Positions 28,220 to 37,999 of a DNA stretch of 64,000 nt are shown one piece after another (within the stretch, counting starts at the first letter, position 1; each line of letters starts with the position of its first letter). Below the pieces are notes generated by a model, which did no database searches, was not told the origin of the DNA, and was given only the letters and a program-made list of their open reading frames with translations. This stretch comes from Candidatus Curtissbacteria bacterium (GTDB lineage Bacteria; Patescibacteriota; Microgenomatia; Curtissbacterales; GWA2-41-24): NCBI GenBank assembly GCA_024654445.1, contig JANLHP010000013.1, positions 26,528-90,527 on the forward strand. The letters are read 5' to 3'. A program made the position numbers and the translations under genes.

Positions 28220-29893
28220 GTGATTTCTGACAACGACCTATACCAACTTTTACTGAAGAATCAATACCTTTCCGAGGACGATTTGAAAAGGGTTGCTTCT
28301 TACGCAAAAGACAAAAGTGTCTCTCTCTATGATGCAATTGTCGAGAACGATTTGGTTTCTGATGAGAATTTAGGAAGTCTTGTCTCTGACTTTTTAAAAA
28401 TTCCCATGATTTCCCTTTCGAAAGTCGAAATTTCTCCTGAGGCTTTAAATATAGTTCCCGAAAACGTGGCAAGAGCTCAGAAAATGATAGCTTTTTCCGT
28501 GGAGGGGGATAGTGTAAAGATAGCAACTTCCAATCCTGACAATAGGGAAACTATAGATATGATCTCGCGAAAGGTCGGGAAAAAGGTTTATGTTTATCTG
28601 ACGACGGATCGGGACATTGCAAACGCGCTCAGTCTTTACAAAAAGGAACTGCAAAAAACATTTGACGAGATTTTGGTTGAACAGGTACAGGAAGCTGGAA
28701 GGTCGGCGAGTAAAGAGGCACCTGTCGCTAAGATTGTTGATACGTTAATTGAATACGCTTATGACAATAAGGCGTCTGATATTCACATCGAACCCGGTGA
28801 AGAAGATTCCTTGGTCCGTTTTAGAATCGACGGAGTATTGCACGATGTTTTAAAACTGCCCAATGATCTACACGATCAGGTTGTATCTCGGATTAAGGTT
28901 TTGTCGCGGCTCAGAACGGATGAGCATATGAGTGCTCAGGACGGCAAACTTTCGATGAAAGTTCACGAGGAAGAGCTCGATATTAGGGTTTCAATCGTGC
29001 CGATTGTTGAAGGAGAAAAGACAGTTCTTAGATTGCTAACATCCCACTTTAGGCAATTTGGGCTGGCTGATTTAGGGATGAACGACCGTGATCTCGCAAA
29101 AGTTAAAAATGGTTTTATGAAACCGTATGGGATGGTACTTTCGACGGGGCCAACGGGTTCGGGGAAAAGCACTTCGATGTACGCAATTTTAAAGATTTTA
29201 AATACGAGGGAAAAAAATATTGCGACCATAGAAGACCCTGTTGAGTATACGATAGACGGTTTAAATCAAATTCAGGTAAATGCAAAAACCAACCTGACTT
29301 TTGCAAACGGACTCCGTTCACTTCTGCGACAAGACCCCGACATTATATACGTGGGGGAAATAAGAGATGAAGAGACGGCCGACATTGCAATAAACAGTGC
29401 TATGACGGGGCATTTGGTTCTTTCTACGCTTCACACAAATGATGCCGCGACGGCTTTACCAAGGCTTATTGATATGCATATCGAACCTTTTTTAGTTGCC
29501 TCAACTGTAAACGTTATTATTGGTCAAAGGCTTATTCGTAAGATTTGCGAGAAATGCAAAACGTCGTTTACAAAAAAGCCGGAAGAGCTTACGAGCTTAA
29601 TAAGTATTGAGGAGGTTAAAAAGCATTTTGGTCAAAGTGGTGAGATAAGAATGTATCATGGGAAAGGATGTTCTATGTGCCACATGACAGGTTATAGGGG
29701 AAGAATAGGCATTTTTGAAGTTCTCGAAGTAAGTGCAGCTATACAGGAATTAATCAATCAGAAAGCTGACAGTGATGTTATCGTTAAACGTGCTGTGATT
29801 GAAGGTATGATAACAATGATCGAGGATGGTCTCGATAAGGTTCAGCAAGGAATTACGACAATTGAAGAAGTGCTGCGAGCCACAAAAGAGTAA
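28220..29893 (+). CDS. pilB: Type IV pilus / T2SS assembly ATPase (PilB/GspE)
   Basis: ASDIHIEP, GPTGSGKS, TIEDPVE, LRQDPD, GEIRD and TGHLVLSTLHTN. Confidence 0.93.
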   Translation: MISDNDLYQLLLKNQYLSEDDLKRVASYAKDKSVSLYDAIVENDLVSDENLGSLVSDFLKIPMISLSKVEISPEALNIVPENVARAQKMIAFSVEGDSVKIATSNPDNRETIDMISRKVGKKVYVYLTTDRDIANALSLYKKELQKTFDEILVEQVQEAGRSASKEAPVAKIVDTLIEYAYDNKASDIHIEPGEEDSLVRFRIDGVLHDVLKLPNDLHDQVVSRIKVLSRLRTDEHMSAQDGKLSMKVHEEELDIRVSIVPIVEGEKTVLRLLTSHFRQFGLADLGMNDRDLAKVKNGFMKPYGMVLSTGPTGSGKSTSMYAILKILNTREKNIATIEDPVEYTIDGLNQIQVNAKTNLTFANGLRSLLRQDPDIIYVGEIRDEETADIAINSAMTGHLVLSTLHTNDAATALPRLIDMHIEPFLVASTVNVIIGQRLIRKICEKCKTSFTKKPEELTSLISIEEVKKHFGQSGEIRMYHGKGCSMCHMTGYRGRIGIFEVLEVSAAIQELINQKADSDVIVKRAVIEGMITMIEDGLDKVQQGITTIEEVLRATKE

Positions 29894-30936
29894 TGAGCGT
29901 CACACTGTCCAAGAAAGATAAATTGATGCTTATCAGCAATTTGGGAACGATGCTGACGGCTGGTATTCCGATCTTGGAAGCCGTAGAGTCACTTGCTTCA
30001 GACTCAAAAGGGAATCAGAAGAAAATCATCGAAACTCTACACGCAGATCTTAATCAGGGAAGAACCATCTCAAGTTCGTTTGCTAAATTTCCAAAAGCTT
30101 TTGACCCTGTTACTGTAAATTTAGTTAAGGCGGCAGAAGAGTCGGGCACGCTTGATTCTTCGTTAAAAGATTTAACGGTTGGTATCAAGAAGGACATGGA
30201 GTTTACGGAAAAGGTAAAGGGTGCGATAACTTATCCTGTTTTTGTAATTATTGTTTTTGTCGGCGTGCTTCTTTTGATACTAACTTTTGTTATCCCGCGT
30301 ATATCTAGTGTGTTTAGCAGGCTTAATGTTGACTTGCCTCTTCCTACAAGAATTCTTATTAATTTTTCAGATCTCCTTTTGGGTAAGACAATTCCAGTGA
30401 TTGCTGTGTTGGCTGTTCTTGTTGTAGGTATAGTCTTTTTGTACAAAACGAGGAAGAAAACGCTATTAAATGTTATTTTGTCCTTGCCAATTTTAAAGCG
30501 GCTTGCGAGAGATATTGATTTAACAAGGTTTTGCCGCAGCATGTCACTTCTTCTGACATCTGGTATTCCGATTACCGAAGCCCTTGATCTGTCGAGTAAT
30601 GTAGTAACAAAAAAGGAAGTTTCCAGAGCGATAGAAACTGCTAAAAAATTTGTCGCTGCCGGCAGAAAACTTTCGGAGAGCTTTAAGGAAAATTCAAAAG
30701 TTATTCCAAGCATTATGATCAGAATTACAGAAGCCGGAGAGAGGAGTGGGACACTTGAAAAGTCTATGCAGGACATTTCGGAATATTTTGAAGGTGAAGT
30801 TACGAGAAGACTCCGAACTCTGACGTCACTACTCGAACCGTTAATGCTAGTCTTTATTGGACTATTGGTCGGTGGCATGATGCTTGCAATTATCGCGCCA
30901 ATTTACGGGCTGATCGGTAATATTGGCGCAAGATGA
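29893..30936 (+). CDS. pilC: Type IV pilus platform protein (PilC/GspF)
   Basis: Two T2SSF repeats (AEESG.L, GE.SG.L), YP, LLEP and PIY. Confidence 0.93.
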   Translation: MSVTLSKKDKLMLISNLGTMLTAGIPILEAVESLASDSKGNQKKIIETLHADLNQGRTISSSFAKFPKAFDPVTVNLVKAAEESGTLDSSLKDLTVGIKKDMEFTEKVKGAITYPVFVIIVFVGVLLLILTFVIPRISSVFSRLNVDLPLPTRILINFSDLLLGKTIPVIAVLAVLVVGIVFLYKTRKKTLLNVILSLPILKRLARDIDLTRFCRSMSLLLTSGIPITEALDLSSNVVTKKEVSRAIETAKKFVAAGRKLSESFKENSKVIPSIMIRITEAGERSGTLEKSMQDISEYFEGEVTRRLRTLTSLLEPLMLVFIGLLVGGMMLAIIAPIYGLIGNIGAR

Positions 30937-31424
30937 GCCTACTTTCTAAAAAAAAGAGAAAATTCGGCTTTACTCTCGTTGAGGTCATCATAGTTGGTGG
31001 ACTCTTTGCTCTTGTTGCTTCTTTTTCCGCAATTAACATCTTAAGAAGTCAAACGCACAGCACCTTGGTCTCGCAAGTTACAATTTTTGTTTCTGATAGT
31101 AGGTCACAGCAAGTGAGAGCAATGGCGGGGGATTCGCAAGGACAATCGACTTCAGGTGATTGGGGGATACACCTAGAGAATAACAGGTATGTCTTATTTC
31201 GCGGATCAACATATTCTGCGGGAGATGGTGGGAATTTTATCGTCAACCTAGGCTCTACTATGGCCATCAGTTGGACATTGCCAACGGCGGACATAGTTTT
31301 TGTCAAAAGGAGCGGAGAGGTAGTTTCATACACCGAAGGTGCCAACACCGTTACTTTCACCAATAGCGCAAGTGGCGAACATGCGCAACTGACAATTAAT
31401 CGCTACGGGAGTATTTCGAGATGA
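30933..31424 (+). CDS. Minor pilin / pseudopilin
   Basis: G|FTLVE class III signal peptide. Confidence 0.88.
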   Translation: MSLLSKKKRKFGFTLVEVIIVGGLFALVASFSAINILRSQTHSTLVSQVTIFVSDSRSQQVRAMAGDSQGQSTSGDWGIHLENNRYVLFRGSTYSAGDGGNFIVNLGSTMAISWTLPTADIVFVKRSGEVVSYTEGANTVTFTNSASGEHAQLTINRYGSISR

Positions 31425-33313
31425 TTATGCACTTTTCAAAAGGGCAATTTTTGGTTGAACTGTTGGTCGCAATTGGGCTGACGTCTGTGATATTGCCGGC
31501 GCTTTTGACTGGCTTTGTGGCGTCTCGGGAAGGAAGGGACCAGGAGGGGCAGAGATTGGTTGCCACGGGTCTTGCGCGTGAAGCGCAGGATGCGACGAGG
31601 AGTGTGAGGAGTAGGACGAACGGTTGGGATTACTTTACCAATGGGACATATTACCCTCGAATATCTGGAAGTGTCTGGGAGCTTGCTGCGGGAGTTGAAA
31701 CTATCGGTGATTTTACAAGACAAGTGGAAATAAGCGATGTCAGGCGTGATTCGGCTGGCATCATTGTTTCATCCGGCGGCACAATAGACCCATCTGCTAG
31801 AAAGGTTGTTATCCGAGTCTTGTGGGAAAAACCGCGTTCTTCAAATGTTACCTCGACGTTTTATGTAACGCGTTATTCAAGTTTGGTTTTTGTTGATACG
31901 ACAGACGCTGAATTCAACGCAGGGGTACGAAACGGTACAGTCGTTACGAATACTGCGGGGGGTGAAGTAACGCTTGGAGCTGGCGGTGGTGGAGATTGGT
32001 GCGCTCCTAATTTATCGATAAACCCTCTTGATTTACCCAAAAACGGTGTTGCTAATGCAATTTCTGCAATAGAAGGAAAGGTGGCAGCGGGAACGGGGGA
32101 GAATTCTTCTGGTGTTGCTTTTGCAAGTATTGGTGTTGCGAATACTAATCCGCCGACTTCTCAGGTGTCGGGAACTTTCGATGGATACAAAACGAACGGA
32201 GTTTTTACAGAAACAAACTATGCGTACCTCGCAACCGACAATAACTCGAAAGAAGTGGTAATTATTGACTTAACTCAACAAGTTGGTGGTAAATATGTCG
32301 AGGTTGGGTATTTTAATACGCCGAGTAGCAACGCGGATGGTTTAAGCGTCTATGTTGCTGGCAACATCGGATTTCTTACGACCGGTAGTCGACTTTATAC
32401 TTTCAATTTAACGAGCAAAACCGGTTCGAGAGCGCAACTTGCTAGTATTGCTCTGCCTGCAGCAGGAACAAAAGTCGTAGTTGTAGGTCAATACGCATAT
32501 ATTTCAATTGCGGGGCATACAAAAGAGTTACAAATTGTAAACTTCAATGGCGCCGGGACAACTCTCGCGAACCATGGTTACTCAGATGTAAATGGTGAAG
32601 CGGCATATGATGTTGCTGTCAATTTAACAGGTACTAGGGCTTATCTTGCGACAGCTGCATCAACAAGTCTTCGGGAGTTTTTTATAATCAATACAACAAA
32701 TAAATCATCGTCAAATCCTTCTCTGCCCCAGGTTGGTTCTTATGATGCAAGTGGTATGAGTCCGAAAGGGGTCGCAATTACCACCGGTAATAGAGCAATT
32801 TTGGTGGGAACCTCAGCAGAGGAGTATCAGGTGATTAACATTGCAAATGAAGCCACACCTGTAAGATGTGGAGGATTGCAGCTAGCAAATGGCGTAAATG
32901 ACGTGGCTGCGGTTCTGGAAGCAGACGGAGACGCTTATTCATATATCATCACGGGTGATTCGTCAAACGAGTTAAAAATCATAGAAGGGGGACCAGGTGG
33001 CACGTTTGTTACTTCCGGTAGCTTTGAATCCAGAACTTTTACGATGAGTGAGGAGATTGCTTTAAATCAACTTACCTTCACCGCAACCGAACCTTTGAGC
33101 ACGGATGTTAAGCTCCAAATTGCCATAAATGGCGATAACAGCACTTGGAGTTATTTTGGTCCGGACGGAACAGGGAGCACTTTTTTTCAGACTCAATCAC
33201 CGATCCCGCTCTCTTTGATTAATGGAACATATGTTCGTTATAAGGCTTTTTTGGAAGGTGACGGATTGTCTTCACCAATACTTTCGGATGTCAACATTTA
33301 CTATTCACCATGA
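31421..33313 (+). CDS. Large pilin-like protein with beta-propeller (LVIVD-like) repeats
   Basis: G|QFLVELL prepilin-like start; repeated 'YAY.A......L.I.D/N' blades. Confidence 0.78.
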   Translation: MIMHFSKGQFLVELLVAIGLTSVILPALLTGFVASREGRDQEGQRLVATGLAREAQDATRSVRSRTNGWDYFTNGTYYPRISGSVWELAAGVETIGDFTRQVEISDVRRDSAGIIVSSGGTIDPSARKVVIRVLWEKPRSSNVTSTFYVTRYSSLVFVDTTDAEFNAGVRNGTVVTNTAGGEVTLGAGGGGDWCAPNLSINPLDLPKNGVANAISAIEGKVAAGTGENSSGVAFASIGVANTNPPTSQVSGTFDGYKTNGVFTETNYAYLATDNNSKEVVIIDLTQQVGGKYVEVGYFNTPSSNADGLSVYVAGNIGFLTTGSRLYTFNLTSKTGSRAQLASIALPAAGTKVVVVGQYAYISIAGHTKELQIVNFNGAGTTLANHGYSDVNGEAAYDVAVNLTGTRAYLATAASTSLREFFIINTTNKSSSNPSLPQVGSYDASGMSPKGVAITTGNRAILVGTSAEEYQVINIANEATPVRCGGLQLANGVNDVAAVLEADGDAYSYIITGDSSNELKIIEGGPGGTFVTSGSFESRTFTMSEEIALNQLTFTATEPLSTDVKLQIAINGDNSTWSYFGPDGTGSTFFQTQSPIPLSLINGTYVRYKAFLEGDGLSSPILSDVNIYYSP

Positions 33314-33810
33314 AGAAACTAAATTTGCTTTTTAAACCCGGTTACAGCTTAGTAGAGTTTTTGATGTATTTTGCACTGATTTCGATATTTTTGATTGTGC
33401 TTACACAAATGTTTGTTTCGATTCTCGAAGTACAAACCGAATCGGAAGCAACGTCTTCCGTCGACCTCGACGGTCGCTTCATTCTAGCAAGGTTGATTTA
33501 TGATATTTCAAGATCTACAACGGTAACTACTCCCCAAAACCCAGGTAATAGTTCTTCTAGCTTGCTTTTAGTTATTGGTGGAGCGAACTTTACCTATAGC
33601 GAAAGCGGAGGAGCTTTTGTGCTCACTAACAATTTGGGTGCCGGGAATTTAAACAGTTCCGAAACACAAATTTCGGCGCTAAATTTTACAAAGCTTGGAG
33701 AAGCCGGCGGAAAAGAAACGATAAAATTTACTTTTACGTTAAGTAGCCGTGTCCAGAGGCCTTCCGGGCCCGAGGTGAAAACTTTTGGGACAACCGTTGA
33801 AAGGAGATGA
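33310..33810 (+). CDS. Minor pilin
   Basis: G|YSLVE class III signal. Confidence 0.82.
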   Translation: MKKLNLLFKPGYSLVEFLMYFALISIFLIVLTQMFVSILEVQTESEATSSVDLDGRFILARLIYDISRSTTVTTPQNPGNSSSSLLLVIGGANFTYSESGGAFVLTNNLGAGNLNSSETQISALNFTKLGEAGGKETIKFTFTLSSRVQRPSGPEVKTFGTTVERR

Positions 33811-33900
33811 ATTAATTTCTAATTCAAAATTTCTAATTTCTAATGAATGTTTGAATTATTTAATTATTAAAACATTAAAGAATTGATTAAAAATTAAGAA
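33811..33900. repeat. AT-rich 7-8-mer microrepeats
   Basis: aatttct and aattatt/aattaag iterations inside the pilus operon. Confidence 0.55.
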
Positions 33901-33902
33901 TT

Positions 33903-34325
33903 ATGAATGTTCTCGATTTCTCTCGAACAAGAAAAGGTAGACAAGTTCTCAAATCTCGGAGTGGGATGGTTCTTGTGACCCTGCTTGTTTTCATGGCAGT
34001 GGGAATTATAATCACGTCGGCAGCTGTTGTTATCGTCCTTGTTAATTCGCAGGCGACCTCACGTTTTTTCCTAGGAGAGGAAGCATATGCCGCTGCTGAA
34101 TCCGGAGCGGAAAACGCGATTTTGAGGTTGCAGCGGGATCCCAATTATGCGGGAGAATCGGGTATGATAATAGGAAGAGGAACGGCGAATATTACAGTTT
34201 CGGGATCATCGACCAAAACAATTGTTTCCGAATCAACAGTCGGAAGTTATAAGCGGAAAATACAAGTAGTGGGAAATTACCAAAATTTTATATTTACCCC
34301 TACGAGTTGGGTAGAGATTAACTAA
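33903..34325 (+). CDS. PilX/GspK-like minor pilin
   Basis: G|MVLVTLL without E5; AY.AAESG.E.A. Confidence 0.8.
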   Translation: MNVLDFSRTRKGRQVLKSRSGMVLVTLLVFMAVGIIITSAAVVIVLVNSQATSRFFLGEEAYAAAESGAENAILRLQRDPNYAGESGMIIGRGTANITVSGSSTKTIVSESTVGSYKRKIQVVGNYQNFIFTPTSWVEIN

Positions 34326-34329
34326 AATT

Positions 34330-35034
34330 ATGTTTTTTGGCGGCGGAAGATTTATCGTTTATGTTAGAAGTAATGCAATAGTCCTTGGTGTTAAAGGGAT
34401 GTCGGATCAGAGTTTACCTCTGGGCGCTGATGTTGTTAAGAATTTGGACGTTTTAGACCCTGATAAATTTGCAAAACTTGTTGGCGATTTTTTTGGCAAG
34501 TATAAACTAAAAGGAAAGAAGGCAGTTATAGTAATAGGGGCCGACTTGGTTTTTGAAAAAATAATTGTGAGTAGCGCTGACGATTTGGTGGCTGCCGAAA
34601 AATTTTTTAATGAGGTTCCGACTGATGCTAAAAATATTTCTAAAAAGATAATCAAAGAAGGCAAAAATGTAAGGTTGGTTGCTGTAAATGGTGGTTTTTT
34701 TACTCCGGTAGTCGCGTCACTCAGGAGCCTTGGCGCAGAATCTGAGGTTGTTTTGCCTGCTACTGTTTTGGGTTTAGGAAATGAGGCAGTGGGAGCAGGC
34801 GATATTGGCAAAATTACAAGCAATAAGATGGCGATGTCGAGCGCTAATTTTTTGGATCGTGGAAAGGAAGAAAAACCTAAGAAAGAAGAACTCTTGAAGC
34901 CTGTTGAAGCTGGCAACAAAGAGGGAGAAATTGAGAGCCTGAGAAAAAATCAACTCGTGCTTTTGGCTTTAGGAGTTATTTTGGTTCTAGGCGCGGGCTT
35001 GCTTTTTGCATACGCGTTTGGATTTTTTAGTTAA
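34330..35034 (+). CDS. PilM/GspL-like accessory protein with C-terminal TM
   Basis: Position in the pilus operon; degenerate actin-like pattern. Confidence 0.5.
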   Translation: MFFGGGRFIVYVRSNAIVLGVKGMSDQSLPLGADVVKNLDVLDPDKFAKLVGDFFGKYKLKGKKAVIVIGADLVFEKIIVSSADDLVAAEKFFNEVPTDAKNISKKIIKEGKNVRLVAVNGGFFTPVVASLRSLGAESEVVLPATVLGLGNEAVGAGDIGKITSNKMAMSSANFLDRGKEEKPKKEELLKPVEAGNKEGEIESLRKNQLVLLALGVILVLGAGLLFAYAFGFFS

Positions 35035-35096
35035 TTTTCTTTTGCCTATTGACAAGCATTTGGTGTTTATTAAAAAATGAGAGAGTAGTACAAAAA

Positions 35097-35588
35097 ATGA
35101 TCCTGCCTAAATACAGAAACGCACAAGGTTTCACACTCATTGAGCTTTTAGTCGTTATTGGTATTCTTGCTATTCTTCTCGCGATAGTCTTAGTCGCGAT
35201 TAACCCCGCCAGGCAATTTTCTCAGGCCAACAATACTCAGAGGAAGAGTGATGTAAACGCGATACTTAACGCGATTCACCAGTATGCTGTTGACAACAAT
35301 GGTAACACTTCTGCACTGGGTATTGATGGGACGGTGAGAACTATTACGTCAACTGTGGGAGCGACAAATGTTAATCTTTGTGAAGCTAATGAATTAGTAC
35401 CGACTTATATCGCGGATCTTCCGCTTGACCCACAAGATGGTACGGAGGATCCTGCTAGGTCTGTTTGTACCGATGTTGGAGCAACATACAATACAGGATA
35501 TACTGTAGTTGTGAGTGCGACCGACAATAGGGTAACTGTAGCTGCTCCGGGGGCAGAACTTTCCGAAATTATAACGGTTACCAGATAA
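35097..35588 (+). CDS. Probable major type IV pilin
   Basis: G|FTLIELLVVIGILAIL, R.SDV..I..A..QY, YI..LP.DP and two Cys. Confidence 0.9.
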   Translation: MILPKYRNAQGFTLIELLVVIGILAILLAIVLVAINPARQFSQANNTQRKSDVNAILNAIHQYAVDNNGNTSALGIDGTVRTITSTVGATNVNLCEANELVPTYIADLPLDPQDGTEDPARSVCTDVGATYNTGYTVVVSATDNRVTVAAPGAELSEIITVTR

Positions 35589-35923
35589 GACTTCCGTTCT
35601 TTCCATCTTCTTTAGGCTCCACAGGCTTTTGTTGAGGACCACAAGAACTGTTACTAAGTTCTTTAGACCCGCAGATCTACTGAGTAGATCGAGGATTGCA
35701 AGAATTTGTTACCAGGTTCTTACAATCTTTTGATGATTTCTTAATGTATGTTTCGTATCATACGTGTCAATGTCCCATTACATTCGGCCAGTATCTACAC
35801 ACGACAGAAGTCCCCCATAAGACTCAGCCACCCGAGGTATTAATAAAAAAACATTACTCCGCCAAAAGCGGATTTTTTTTGATGCTAAAATAAACAACAT
35901 GTATGCAGAGGAGGTGAGGCTTG

Positions 35924-36304
35924 ATGGATAGTGTAGTTCATTTTGAAATACCGACAGATGATTTAGCGAGGGCTAATAAATTTTATAGTTCAGCTTTTGG
36001 CTGGAATATGATTTCGGAGACTGGACACGATTACGTGCTCGTTATGACTGCTGAAAGTGACGAGAAAGGTCCGAAAGAGCGAGCGAGGATAAACGGGGGA
36101 ATGTTAAAGAGACAGGGGCCGATTACCAACATAGTAATTACTATAAATGTGGACGATATCGACGAAGCGCTTCGTAAAATAGAAGAGGCCGGAGGTAAGA
36201 CGATTCGTGGGAAGCAGCCGGTTGGGGAAGCGGGGTTTGCCGCGTATTTTACTGACACCGAAGGGAACGTCGTTGGCCTTTGGGAGAACGCAAGCAAAAG
36301 TTAA
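35924..36304 (+). CDS. VOC/glyoxalase family protein
   Basis: VVHFEIP.DD..RA..FY...FGW; F.DTEGN..GLW; RBS GGAGGTGA. Confidence 0.92.
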   Translation: MDSVVHFEIPTDDLARANKFYSSAFGWNMISETGHDYVLVMTAESDEKGPKERARINGGMLKRQGPITNIVITINVDDIDEALRKIEEAGGKTIRGKQPVGEAGFAAYFTDTEGNVVGLWENASKS

Positions 36305-37647
36305 CTTTTTTCTCTCGCCCGAGGCTTTAGGATGTCTTCCCAGTAAAGCTTTGCAACGTTCTTATAAGGTAGGGGCAAAGAACTTTCAGATAAACCAAGT
36401 TCCTTAAGAGCCGGGAGCGACCTATGGTCGAGTATCGCTGCCTCATTCAGATAACCCTTGCCTGCTTTAACTAATTTTTTATCAAGCAGCCATCCGAGTA
36501 AGTATGACAGATCTTTAGTCATCGCGAATTTCTTTGTATTTTTCGTATTTATATGTCCTCGCATGACCCGATAGGTTGTTTTCCAAGCGCTTTCGAGGGC
36601 TTTTTCCCAAGACTCATCATCAATATATTTTGGTAGCTTTTGACTTGTTGGAATCTTTAATTCTGTTCTTAAATGGCGTTCAATTTGGTCTTCGAAAATT
36701 TTAAAGAATGATTTTCCATCTTGGGCCATTTGAGTCGCGAAAACAAAGAAAGGCTTAGGTGTACCGGATTCTTCTCCAAAGAATTCCAGTCTGAAGGCTT
36801 CGTCGTATCTTTTTGCCAGACCTTCATATAATTCTTCTGAATCAATTTTTAGATTGCTCCCGCCTACTGCGAATAGCAATTGTCCATTAACTGATTGCCT
36901 TGAATGGCCTTCAACTTCGTGCCCGATAAGCTCTAGTAGCTTGTCGCCAGTTACTTCTCTGTCTGCGGGTATAGAAATTCTGGGGCCGGTTTTGGATTTG
37001 TCACGAACATCAATCGAAGTCGAGGTCTTGCTTATTGAAACTCTGAATGCCGGCCCATTTTGTTTTTCGTCTTGTAAGATTCCGTATTCTGCCAGTGCCC
37101 ACTCAAAAGCTTCTTTTATTTGTCTTGCATTTAACTTTAAGTTTTTTAGATATTCCTGCTCGTCGTGTGTAAGTAGTGCTTTTTGCACGGGTAGAGCACT
37201 TTGGGGTGACGTCAATCTTTCGTAGCTTTTATTTGCGACCCTAATTAAATTCTTAGTCAGACGAGGATACTTTTGAGAAAAAGCTTTTGCGATTTTACTT
37301 TCGTCTTTTTGTTTTATTCCTTCTATTAGAAGACAGTTGGAAAGATTGTCTTCTATATTCAGATACAGGATTCGCTTAACCACTTTTTCGAGGGATGATT
37401 TCGGCTTCAGGCTCGCAACTTCGTCTTTAAGCTTAAGGAGCAGTCTTTTATTTTTTGCTACCTTGAGCGTATTTGCGTGAGAATAAGTAAATTTTGGGTT
37501 ATAAGATTTATCTTTCCCGAATGCAGCAAATACTTTTTCTTTCTCTTTTTTCAGTGAGGTTGGGTCGGGAGTATAGATTTCGACAGGGTTCCACATTCCC
37601 GAAATTCCAGAGACCTTTCTTGTAATTTTTGCTAAATCACCTGACAT
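36301..37647 (-). CDS. DUF1704/QEGLA-motif metallopeptidase-like protein
   Basis: HEVEGH, EGLA, RV.RG and KDLSYL.G. Confidence 0.75.
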   Translation of the reverse strand: MSGDLAKITRKVSGISGMWNPVEIYTPDPTSLKKEKEKVFAAFGKDKSYNPKFTYSHANTLKVAKNKRLLLKLKDEVASLKPKSSLEKVVKRILYLNIEDNLSNCLLIEGIKQKDESKIAKAFSQKYPRLTKNLIRVANKSYERLTSPQSALPVQKALLTHDEQEYLKNLKLNARQIKEAFEWALAEYGILQDEKQNGPAFRVSISKTSTSIDVRDKSKTGPRISIPADREVTGDKLLELIGHEVEGHSRQSVNGQLLFAVGGSNLKIDSEELYEGLAKRYDEAFRLEFFGEESGTPKPFFVFATQMAQDGKSFFKIFEDQIERHLRTELKIPTSQKLPKYIDDESWEKALESAWKTTYRVMRGHINTKNTKKFAMTKDLSYLLGWLLDKKLVKAGKGYLNEAAILDHRSLPALKELGLSESSLPLPYKNVAKLYWEDILKPRAREKS

Positions 37648-37796
37648 AAGAATTTAATTGCTGAATTGCTGATTGTTAGATTGTTAAATTGACTGGATGG
37701 CATTTATAATTTTAACAAGAATCTAAAGAGATTTTCTTTCTGACTTATTACAGCTCTTTAATTAAATTTCTAAAATGATTTGTATCATTTTAAAAA

Positions 37797-37970
37797 ATGG
37801 CTAAGTATAGCAAGAAAGCACAGGAGCAGGCTGGTGAAGCCATGCATAAAATGAAGCATGGCAAACTTAAGAGCGGGAAAAGTGACAAAACTGTAAAGAG
37901 CAAGAAACAAGCAATAGCAATTGGGCTTGAGGCGAGAAAAAAAGGTGCCAAGGTACCTTCTCCAAAATAG
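37797..37970 (+). CDS. Small basic protein (DUF6496-like), 57 aa
   Basis: MAKYSKKAQ...MH.MK.G.LKSG.S...VKS.KQAIAIGL.ARKKGAKVP; below the ORF track cutoff. Confidence 0.75.
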   Translation: MAKYSKKAQEQAGEAMHKMKHGKLKSGKSDKTVKSKKQAIAIGLEARKKGAKVPSPK

Positions 37971-37999
37971 GTGATATAATCGAGACCACTTTTCAATCC

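Noticed and set aside
30231-30878. Long antisense ORFs (for example 30231-30878, 34407-34919, 1953-2453, 61938-62396)
   Set aside because: Shadows of well-supported genes on the opposite strand.
35590-35920. ncRNA or small gene downstream of the major pilin (hairpin GATCTACTGAGTAGATC; ORF 35696-35893)
   Set aside because: No recognisable RNA family or protein motif; only a short hairpin.
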